Shown here: in pieces, positions 17,441 through 24,954 of the stretch
How the letters are laid out: the number at the start of each line of letters is the position of its first letter
Numbering within the stretch: position 1 is the first letter of the stretch
Source of the DNA: Methylorubrum extorquens
Lineage (GTDB): Bacteria > Pseudomonadota > Alphaproteobacteria > Rhizobiales > Beijerinckiaceae
DNA: 32,000 bases
Assembly: GCA_900234795.1 (NCBI GenBank)
Contig: LT962688.1
Coordinates: 3,780,001 to 3,812,000 of the forward strand
Direction of reading: 5' to 3'
Program-made: the position numbers and the translations under genes
Notes under the pieces: model-generated
Seen by the model: the letters and a program-made list of their open reading frames with translations, nothing else
Database searches by the model: none
What the model was told of the DNA's origin: nothing

Positions 17441-17448
17441 CCTGAGGT

Positions 17449-18300
17449 TCACGCCGCCTGGGCCATCTCAGCCTGAAGGGCGGTCAGGTAGCCCGCCGCC
17501 CGGGAGGCCGCGGACGCCGCGGTGAAGATCGCCTTGGGGTCGGACCTGAGGAGCTTGAGCCACGATGCCAGGTAGCTCGCGTGGGTCGGGTGCGGCTCGG
17601 CCTCCAGGCCCATCTCGGCCATCAGGAAGGCGGACCCGAGCTCCGCGACGAGCTCCTCGGCGGCGTAGGCCTGCGTCTTGAACCGCCCGGTCAGGTCGCG
17701 GTCGAGGCGGCCCTTGGCCCCGCTCCAGTGCGTCAGCTCGTGCGCCATCGTCGAGGCGTAGCCCTGGGCGGTGCCGAACCGCTCCCGGGGCGGCATCACG
17801 ATCCGGTCCTCGGAGGGCTGGTAGAAGGCGGCGTCCCCGCCGTGGGTGATCCGGGCGCCGGTGCGCTGGACGAACCCGTCGAAGATCTCCGGGATGGTCC
17901 ACTCGCTCGCCGGCATCGGCTCACCGGCCTCGGGGGCGCCCTCCACCTGGCCGGCGTTGAAGGCGTAGGAGGCCCGGGCCACGAACCGGGAGCGGTCCTC
18001 GCCCTCGGCATCGAGCTCCTTGAAGAAGACCACCAGGGTGCTGCGCTCGCCCTTGCGGACCTGGGCGCCCAACTCGCCCCATTGCTTGTAGGTGGCCCAG
18101 CGGTCGTCCGCATATCCGGCGGCCTGCGCGCCGACCCAGAGGGAGAGGGTGTTGATCCCGCGGTAGGCCCGGCCGGTCTTGGCGTTGCGGGGGAGGCCTC
18201 CGCCGGTGCGGTGCCAGGGGCAGGTCCACTGTCCGGCCTCGCCGGCTTCCATGGTGGCGATGATCTTGTCGGTGACTGCCTGGTGGACGTCGAAGGCCAT
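17449..18300 (-). CDS. ardC: ArdC-type antirestriction protein (ssDNA-binding N-domain plus zincin metalloprotease C-domain), 283 aa
   Basis: ORF 17449..18450 trimmed to ATG 18300 (GGGAGAG upstream). The N-terminal region has WTCPW...YRGINTLSLW. The C-terminal region has HExxH (MAHELTHWSG). Confidence 0.85.
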   Translation of the reverse strand: MAFDVHQAVTDKIIATMEAGEAGQWTCPWHRTGGGLPRNAKTGRAYRGINTLSLWVGAQAAGYADDRWATYKQWGELGAQVRKGERSTLVVFFKELDAEGEDRSRFVARASYAFNAGQVEGAPEAGEPMPASEWTIPEIFDGFVQRTGARITHGGDAAFYQPSEDRIVMPPRERFGTAQGYASTMAHELTHWSGAKGRLDRDLTGRFKTQAYAAEELVAELGSAFLMAEMGLEAEPHPTHASYLASWLKLLRSDPKAIFTAASAASRAAGYLTALQAEMAQAA

Positions 18301-18519
18301 GGTGCTCTCCCGTCGGGCCGCCCATCGCGGCCTCGTGGGGGGCCTGGGAGACGGACGGGACGGCGTGCACCCGAAGGGCCGCAACGGAGTGGAGGACGGC
18401 GCCAGCCGTTGCGGGCTTGAGGCCCGGCTGTCGTACGAACCCCCGATCAAGAGGCCGTGCGGAGCGGTCTGAGGGAGGGCCTGGCTCCTACCGAGTCACC
18501 CGGCCGTCCGCATTTGCGG

Positions 18520-18683
18520 TCACCAGGGGCGGGGCAGTTCCCAGTAGATCCACAGCCCGCCCGCGATGAACAGGAGCGTCCCCGCGATCTCCAGCGTGGT
18601 CCAGATCCCGCCGTCTCTCTCACCGGACCGAACATCTCGTCGAGATCGGCGCGTGTGAAGCGGGGCTCGGGCTGGTCATCCAT
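18520..18683 (-). pseudogene. Possible small membrane protein gene with a frame change at a (GA)4 repeat
   Basis: The frame from ATG 18683 reads MDDQPEPRFTRADLDEMFGPV, then turns Arg/Gly-rich. The neighbouring frame continues as GGIWTTLEIAGTLLFIAGGLWIYWELPRPW* (stop 18520-18522). The switch point is at or near tctctctc 18614-18621. Confidence 0.3.
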
Positions 18684-19131
18684 GGCGCACCACGGCGCGG
18701 GCCAGGAGCGCGTCCGCCCGGCGTTGCTCCCGCTCCTCCTCCTGGAGCCGCTTGTGCTCGCGGCGCGCGAGCTCCTGGACGGCCTCGGTCAGGCTCCGGG
18801 GATAGCGGTACGGCGGCCGCGGGGTCCCGACGTAGCGGCCCATCTTGTACGTGAGCCACTCGCCGGGGCTGCCGATGCCGGTCATGACCGGCCGCCACAC
18901 GAGCCCGAGCGTCCGCCCCTTCGCGTCGAAGACCTCGTAGGCGATCCGGACCTCCTCGTCTTCGAGCACGTCGCGCCGCGCCCCCTTCGCCACGAACCGG
19001 TTGAGGCGGGTCCGCTCGGTCGAGCCCGGCGCGGGCAGGTGCGGGGTGTCGGGGACGGGCCAGTCCACGCGGACGGCGCGGACGGTGGCGAGGTGCGAGC
19101 GGGGGATGGGGGTGAGGAATGTGCGTGCCAT
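18676..19131 (-). CDS. Hypothetical protein (151 aa from ATG 19131; track ORF starts at 19245)
   Basis: G/C third-position bias. No recognisable domain. The start is uncertain, and an 8-bp inverted repeat ccaggacg/cgtcctgg sits just upstream of ATG 19131. Confidence 0.45.
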   Translation of the reverse strand: MARTFLTPIPRSHLATVRAVRVDWPVPDTPHLPAPGSTERTRLNRFVAKGARRDVLEDEEVRIAYEVFDAKGRTLGLVWRPVMTGIGSPGEWLTYKMGRYVGTPRPPYRYPRSLTEAVQELARREHKRLQEEEREQRRADALLARAVVRHG

Positions 19132-19358
19132 GGCCAGGACGATAGCCCCGTCCTGGCATGGGCGCTCCCGCCGAATCCATCGGCGGTTAACCGGTGGTGT
19201 AGCGCGGACCGACGGCGGCCGCAGGCGTGCCCTCGCACGGGCCACGGGGGCGGTGGCAGTCTAGCCCCGTGACCACCCCGCGGGGCCGAAGACAATCGGT
19301 CCCGCCGCGTCGCCGACCACCCTGCCGGAGCCCCTCCGAGCGGGGTCGCTTTACGTGG

Positions 19359-19382
19359 GTTTCCGACCCAGTTTCCGACCCA
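19359..19382. repeat. Perfect tandem duplication of a 12-mer (GTTTCCGACCCA x2)
   Basis: Read directly: 19359-19370 and 19371-19382, about 60 bp from the tRNA 3' end. Confidence 0.95.
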
Positions 19383-19385
19383 ACG

Positions 19386-19416
19386 AAAAAGGGCCCCATG
19401 AGGGGCCCCTGTTTTC
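19386..19416. terminator. Bidirectional intrinsic-terminator-like hairpin (A-tract, 7-bp GC stem, T-tract) downstream of tRNA-Val
   Basis: aaaaa, gggcccc (19391-19397), loop atga, ggggccc (19402-19408), then ctgttttctc. On the minus strand the stem is followed by TTTTT. Confidence 0.6.
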
Positions 19417-19440
19417 TCTAACCATTCCAGTGGGTTGGAA

Positions 19441-19516
19441 TGGTGGGCGCGACAGGGGATCGAACCTGTGACCCCTACCATGTCAAGGTAGTGCTCTCCC
19501 GCTGAGCTACGCGCCC
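19441..19516 (-). tRNA. tRNA-Val (anticodon GAC) with encoded CCA and an anomalous 8-nt T-loop
   Basis: Folded by hand from the reverse complement. Acceptor GGGCGCG/CGCGCCC, D-stem GCTC/GAGC, anticodon stem CTACC/GGTAG with loop TTGACAT. The T-stem ACAGG/CCTGT encloses TTCGATCC (one C too many). Confidence 0.9.
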
Positions 19517-19824
19517 CTGCAAGCCGTCCGGGTCGCCCCAGTGTCCTGCGAGGCCGCGGCTATAGCCGGTGCCGGGCGGCTCCGCAAGCGGGACTTTGGC
19601 GGAATCTGATCCCCTCCGTCGAAACACCCCATGCCGTCCCGTGGCTGCGGCAGCCCGTTGCACGCGAGCGGCAAAAATCGGCTAAGAGGGCACCGCGGGA
19701 CGACCGACCGTCGATCTCCCCTCCATGAACCTCACGGCTGCACACCGACGGCGGATGCATCGCGAGGGAGAGGCGGACAAACGAGCGTACCGATCAGCAC
19801 GGGGCCGAGGACGGCGAGCTAAGG

Positions 19825-20871
19825 ATGCGGTTTCTCCTTTCGTCCGACGAGGGCGACGTGATCCGGGGATGGGTGGTGCCGGACAACCCGCAGGCGATCA
19901 GCCGGGTCTCCGTCCGCATCGAGGGGCGCCGGGTGGCGGAGGTCTCGGCAATCCACGCCGACCCGAACTTCGTCCGGTTCGGCTGGCACGCGACCGGGCA
20001 ATGCCATTTCGAGATCCGCGAGACCGACGTGCCGGGCCTTCCCGGCATCGAGCGGCTCGAGATCTACGATGTCGACACCAATGTGCTGATCTACCGGCGG
20101 CTGCCGCCGACGGGCCTCACCGACAAGAAGGTGATCCTGCTCAACGGACATATCCGCCCGGAGACGGTGATCCAGACCGCGCTGTATCCGTATTTCCGGC
20201 AATCGTATTTCGGCATCGGCCGCTTTCCGGACGAGATCCTGCGGGCGATGTTCGACACCGTCACCCTCGATTCCTGCCTGATGGCCGGCTCGATCATCTT
20301 CCCGCGCTACGAGGGGCACTTCGTCCAGAGCGGCGCGCTGACCATGCTGATGATCCACGACCCCTTCGTGGAGTTGGCGAGCCGCCTCTATTGGCTGCGG
20401 GAGCGGGCGAGCCTTGCCGCCAACGCGGAGCAGCACTGGCGCCTCGGCAACCTCGTCGAGGCGGCGGCCTTCACCCTCGATTACGACTTTACCGACGTGA
20501 AGAGCCTGAAGCGGCTGTTCCGGATGATGCCGGAGCCGGCCTATCACCTGCTCTACAACCCCCTGACCCGCCAGCTCAGCACCCACGTGCCCGAGGACCG
20601 GCTGATGCCGGGCAGTTCCATCATCGCGGTCGAGGTGCTGTCGCGCATCGACGTCGTCGGCCACCGCGATTACTTCGAGGCCTTCATGGCCTCCGCGTTC
20701 CACCATATCGGGATCGAGGCGCCGATGCCGCTGCCCCTGCCGATCCCCAACGAGACGCTGGCGCTCGCCGAGCTGCTGCGCGGCATGCGCTTTGCCCGCG
20801 ACATGGTGGTCTACGACACCGTGCTCAGCGACGCCGTGCGGGCCTCCGTCTCGAAAAGCTGGGAGACCTGA
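19825..20871 (+). CDS. Hypothetical protein (348 aa) at the head of the polysaccharide locus
   Basis: ORF-track 19825..20871. Good codon bias. I can assign no family. Confidence 0.65.
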   Translation: MRFLLSSDEGDVIRGWVVPDNPQAISRVSVRIEGRRVAEVSAIHADPNFVRFGWHATGQCHFEIRETDVPGLPGIERLEIYDVDTNVLIYRRLPPTGLTDKKVILLNGHIRPETVIQTALYPYFRQSYFGIGRFPDEILRAMFDTVTLDSCLMAGSIIFPRYEGHFVQSGALTMLMIHDPFVELASRLYWLRERASLAANAEQHWRLGNLVEAAAFTLDYDFTDVKSLKRLFRMMPEPAYHLLYNPLTRQLSTHVPEDRLMPGSSIIAVEVLSRIDVVGHRDYFEAFMASAFHHIGIEAPMPLPLPIPNETLALAELLRGMRFARDMVVYDTVLSDAVRASVSKSWET

Positions 20872-20877
20872 GCGGCG

Positions 20878-23031
20878 ATGGCGGAAGAGGCCGGGCCCAT
20901 CGCGTCGCTCGCGGGCCGGGCGCTGCCGGTGACGGGTGCGGACGGGGCCGAGCTGCGCATCGACCTCTCCGGCGCCGACCTTGGCGGCGCCTGGGTGAGC
21001 GTGACATGGCGCGATGCCGGCAGCGGCGGCATCGCCCGCGCCCTCGTCAGCGCGGTCTCGGGCGACGGCGAGAGCGTGGCGCTGGTCGAGGAGCCGCTCG
21101 GCGGTGACGCCTTCGTCTGGACCGGCCGGCTGCCGCCGGGCGTCGCGGCTTTGCGCCTGAGCACCCTGTCGCGAACCAATCCGTTCGTGCTGCAAGACCT
21201 TTCCATCCGCCGCCGCGGTCGCCTCGGGATCGTGGCGCGGGCGGGCGCCCGCCAGCCCGGCCTCACGGCGCAGGCGGTCTACTGGCGCATCCTCGGTCTG
21301 AAGGTCCGCGCCCGCGGGCTGATCGCGCGGGCCCTCTCCCACCGGGCGGAGACCGGCTACGCGGCCTGGATCGTCCGGTTCGACCGCCTCACGGCGGCGG
21401 AGCGGGCGCGAATCCGCGCCGAGATCGCGGGGTTGGAAGCTTCCCCTCTGGTCTCCGTCCTGATGCCGGTGCACGATCCCGATCCGCGCGTGCTGGAGGC
21501 GGCGATCCGCTCGGTGCGGAACCAGCTCTATCCGGCTTGGGAACTCTGCATCGCCGACGACGCCTCGACCGACCCACGCATTCCGCGGCTGATCGCCCGC
21601 CACGCGGCCGAGGAGCCGCGCATCCGCACCGTGCACCGATCGGAGAACGGCCACATCGCCCGCGCAACCAACGACGCCCTGAGGCTGGCGAGCGGCGCCT
21701 ACACCGCCTTCCTCGACCACGACGACCTCCTCTCGGAAAACGCCCTGTTCGAGGTTGCCGGAGCCATCCGGACCGATCCGCGTCTGGAGCTGATCTACAG
21801 CGACGAGGACAAGGTCGATGGACGCGGCCGCCGCTTCGAGCCGCATTTCAAGTCGGGCTACGACCGCGAATTGCTGTGGGCCCAGAACTACGTGAACCAT
21901 CTCTGCGTGGTCCGCACCGACACGTTGCGCCGGCTCGGCGGCCTGCGGCCCGGTTTCGAGGGCAGCCAGGATCACGATCTGCTGTTGCGCCTGACCGAAG
22001 GACTGGCAGCGGAGCGGGTGCGCCACATCCCGAAGGTGCTCTATCACTGGCGGGCGGCGGCCGGCTCCGGCACCTTCTCGGATCGGGCTCTGGCGCGGGC
22101 CGAGGCGGCGCGCCTGCAGGCGCTTGCCGAAGTGGCCGCGCGCCGGGGAGCCTGGGCCGAGCGGGGAGCGCAAGGGTTCAACCGGCTGGTCCGCCCCCTG
22201 CCGGAGCCGCCGCCCCTCGTCTCGGTTGTCATCCCCACCCGCGACCGGGCGGAGTTGCTCGGCGTCGTCCTCGACGGGCTGTTCGCGCGCACCGACTATC
22301 CCGCCCTGGAAGTCGTCGTCGTCGATAACGGCAGCACCGAGCCGGCGACGCGGGATCTTTTCGCGCGCTACGGTTCCGAGCCGCGCCTGCGCGTGCTGCC
22401 CGCACCGGGTCCGTTCAACTTCTCGGATCTGTCGAACCGAGGTGCCGCCGCGGCGCGGGGCACGATCCTGCTGTTCCTCAACAACGACATCGAGGTGATG
22501 GAGCCGGGCTGGCTCACCGAACTCGTCTCGATCGCGAGCGACCCCGAGATCGGCGCGGTCGGCGCAAAGCTCCTCTATCCCGACGGCACGATCCAACACG
22601 GGGGGATCGTGCTCGGGATCGGCGGGATTGCCGGTCACAGCCATCTCGGCCTGCCGGGCACCGAACCCGGCTACTTCGCGCGCATGCTGCTGTCGCAGGA
22701 GGTCTCGGCAGTGACCGGCGCCTGCCTCGCCATGCGCGCAGAGGTCTTTTCCGAAGTCGGCGGCTTCGATGCCGCGCATCTCGCCGTGGCCTTCAACGAC
22801 GTCGATCTGTGCCTGCGGATTCGTGCGGCGGGCTACCGCATCGTCTGGACGCCGCAGGCCCGCCTCCTCCACCATGAATCGAAGAGCCGGGGCGCCGAAG
22901 ACACGCCGGAGAAGCGCGCCCGCTTCGAGGACGAATCACGGGTGATGCGCGAGCGCTGGGAGCCGGTGCTGCGGGCCGACCCCTATTACAATCCGAACCT
23001 TTCGCGCGCTGCGGCGCATTACCGGCTGTAG
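20878..23031 (+). CDS. Glycosyltransferase with two family-2 (GT-A) domains and a ~170-aa N-terminal extension (717 aa)
   Basis: Domain 1: VSVLMPVHDP...CIADDASTD...FLDHDD. Domain 2: VSVVIPTRDR...VVVDNGSTE...LLFLNNDIEV. Confidence 0.85.
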   Translation: MAEEAGPIASLAGRALPVTGADGAELRIDLSGADLGGAWVSVTWRDAGSGGIARALVSAVSGDGESVALVEEPLGGDAFVWTGRLPPGVAALRLSTLSRTNPFVLQDLSIRRRGRLGIVARAGARQPGLTAQAVYWRILGLKVRARGLIARALSHRAETGYAAWIVRFDRLTAAERARIRAEIAGLEASPLVSVLMPVHDPDPRVLEAAIRSVRNQLYPAWELCIADDASTDPRIPRLIARHAAEEPRIRTVHRSENGHIARATNDALRLASGAYTAFLDHDDLLSENALFEVAGAIRTDPRLELIYSDEDKVDGRGRRFEPHFKSGYDRELLWAQNYVNHLCVVRTDTLRRLGGLRPGFEGSQDHDLLLRLTEGLAAERVRHIPKVLYHWRAAAGSGTFSDRALARAEAARLQALAEVAARRGAWAERGAQGFNRLVRPLPEPPPLVSVVIPTRDRAELLGVVLDGLFARTDYPALEVVVVDNGSTEPATRDLFARYGSEPRLRVLPAPGPFNFSDLSNRGAAAARGTILLFLNNDIEVMEPGWLTELVSIASDPEIGAVGAKLLYPDGTIQHGGIVLGIGGIAGHSHLGLPGTEPGYFARMLLSQEVSAVTGACLAMRAEVFSEVGGFDAAHLAVAFNDVDLCLRIRAAGYRIVWTPQARLLHHESKSRGAEDTPEKRARFEDESRVMRERWEPVLRADPYYNPNLSRAAAHYRL

Positions 23032-23130
23032 ACCGGCGGCGCGGACCATGGTTTGCGCCGGCTTCGAACCGGGCTAAACACCGCACCGCAACACGCCGGA
23101 TGCGATCCGGCCGCCCCGGCGGAGACATCG

Positions 23131-24435
23131 ATGCGCATCGCGATGATTGGCTCGGGCTATGTGGGCCTCGTGTCGGGCGCCTGCCTCGCCGATTTCGGCC
23201 ACGAGGTCGTCTGCATCGACAAGGATCCCGGCAAGATCGCCGCCCTCAACGAGGGCCGCATGCCGATCTACGAGCCCGGCCTCGACGCCCTGGTCGCCGA
23301 GAACGTGCGCGCCAAACGCCTCACCTTCTCCACCGACCTCAAGCCTGCTGTTGCGCAGGCGCAGGCCGTGTTCATCGCGGTCGGCACCCCGTCCCGCCGC
23401 GGCGACGGCTTTGCCGACCTCTCCTACGTCTACGCCGCAGCCCGTGAGATCGCCGAGGCGCTCACCGGCTACACCGTGGTCGTCACCAAATCGACCGTGC
23501 CCGTCGGCACCGGCGACGAGGTCGAGCGCATCCTGCGCGAGGCCCGCCCCGACATCGATGTCGGCGTCGCCTCCAACCCCGAATTCCTGCGCGAGGGTGC
23601 CGCCATCGACGACTTCAAGCGGCCGGACCGCATCGTCATCGGCGCCGAAGATCCCCGCGCGGTCGCCGTGATGCAGGAGGTTTACCGCCCGCTCTATCTC
23701 AACGCCGCGCCGATCCTGCTCACCGGACGGCGCACGGCCGAGCTGACCAAGTATGCCGCCAATGCGTTCCTGGCCACCAAGATCACCTTCATCAACGAGA
23801 TCGCCGATCTGTGCGAGCAGGTCGGGGCCAACGTGCAGGAGGTCGCCCGCGGCATCGGCCTCGACAACCGCATCGGCGGCAAGTTCCTGCATGCGGGGCC
23901 GGGCTATGGCGGCTCGTGCTTCCCGAAGGACACGCTGGCGCTGGTGAAGACGGCGCAGGATTACGGCACGCCGGTTCGGATCGTCGAGACGGTAGTGGCG
24001 GTCAACGACCAGAGGAAGCGCGCGATGGCGCGCAAGGTGATCGCGGCCTGCGGCGGGTCAGTGCGGGGCAAGCGGGTGGCTTTGCTCGGGCTGACGTTCA
24101 AGCCGAACACCGACGACATGCGCGACGCGCCCTCGCTGTCGATCATCGCCGGCTTGCAGGATGCGGGGGCACAGATCGTGGCCTACGATCCGGAGGGGAT
24201 GGAGCAGGCGCGGCCGCTGCTGCAGGCCGTCGCTTACGCCGAGGACGCCTATGCCTGCGCCGAAGGGGCCGACGCTCTGGTGATTGTGACGGAGTGGAAC
24301 GCGTTCCGGGCACTCGATCTCGCCCGGCTCAAAGGTCTGATGCGCGCGCCCGTCCTCGTCGATCTGCGCAACATCTACGCGCCTGCCGAGACCGAACGGC
24401 ACGGCTTCGCCTATTCCGGCATCGGCGTTGCGTGA
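23131..24435 (+). CDS. ugd: UDP-glucose 6-dehydrogenase (434 aa)
   Basis: ORF 23053..24435 trimmed to ATG 23131 (GGAGA upstream). Rossmann N-terminus MRIAMIGSGYVGLVSGACLA. Catalytic region GGSCFPKD. Confidence 0.9.
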   Translation: MRIAMIGSGYVGLVSGACLADFGHEVVCIDKDPGKIAALNEGRMPIYEPGLDALVAENVRAKRLTFSTDLKPAVAQAQAVFIAVGTPSRRGDGFADLSYVYAAAREIAEALTGYTVVVTKSTVPVGTGDEVERILREARPDIDVGVASNPEFLREGAAIDDFKRPDRIVIGAEDPRAVAVMQEVYRPLYLNAAPILLTGRRTAELTKYAANAFLATKITFINEIADLCEQVGANVQEVARGIGLDNRIGGKFLHAGPGYGGSCFPKDTLALVKTAQDYGTPVRIVETVVAVNDQRKRAMARKVIAACGGSVRGKRVALLGLTFKPNTDDMRDAPSLSIIAGLQDAGAQIVAYDPEGMEQARPLLQAVAYAEDAYACAEGADALVIVTEWNAFRALDLARLKGLMRAPVLVDLRNIYAPAETERHGFAYSGIGVA

Positions 24436-24954
24436 CTGCGACATTCAGCCGGCCCAACGACCCGACCGCATTTTCGATCTCGCCTCATCTGATGAGGCCG
24501 CGAGCTACAACTTGCGAGCGCAGCAATCCGGCGCCCCCGGCGAAATCGATTTCACGGGAAAGACGAGAAAGATCATCGAAAAGCAACTCAATATTCGCAG
24601 TAACTTTGCCACGCCTGCGGCGGAACAATGGCATTTTTGCAAACTACCCCGACAGCCGCAACTAATGTTTGTTACCTTCGGTGCCTCGCAGGTTTTTCAC
24701 CGTCAACGATTCACTGATGAATACGTGCCACACAATCTCCCAATCTCTCAGGATTAAGGGAGAGGTTGCAGCCAAGCGGGTTGGACGGTCCTGACGGTCA
24801 GATTAAAGGATGACTCTTCAAACCCCCGGTCGTCGGCCGCCCTGTCGCGGGCGCCACGGTGAAGCCGAGGTTTCAAGAGACATTCTCGGTGAGGGTGAAA
24901 CGCCTTCGCCGGACGGACCCCCGGTCCCTGCTTCACGAGCATAAACGGATCGAC

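Larger units (their letters stand above)
5888..19440. mobile_element. Integrated mobilizable-element-like accessory block abutting the 3' side of tRNA-Val (left boundary not defined; it may extend left of the window)
   Basis: The block holds a relaxase, an RHH accessory protein, ArdC and many orphan small genes, and it adjoins a tRNA 3' end. I found no integrase and no second att repeat in the window. Confidence 0.4.

Noticed and set aside
19819-22875. 1018-aa minus-strand ORF opposite the 348-aa ORF and the glycosyltransferase
   Set aside because: This is a shadow ORF. The plus-strand products carry GT2 DxD-type motifs and proper codon bias, and the antisense product is low-complexity.
24428-24757. 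109-aa plus-strand ORF in the ugd-PKS intergenic region
   Set aside because: It is AT-rich with no G/C third-position bias, unlike every credible gene here, and it has no RBS. I treated it as non-coding leader/regulatory DNA.
24809-24943. ATG 24809 as the PKS start
   Set aside because: It is in a different frame from the KS domain and terminates at TAA 24941-24943. Its purine-rich stretch abuts the ATG with no spacer. I kept it only as a possible upstream mini-ORF.
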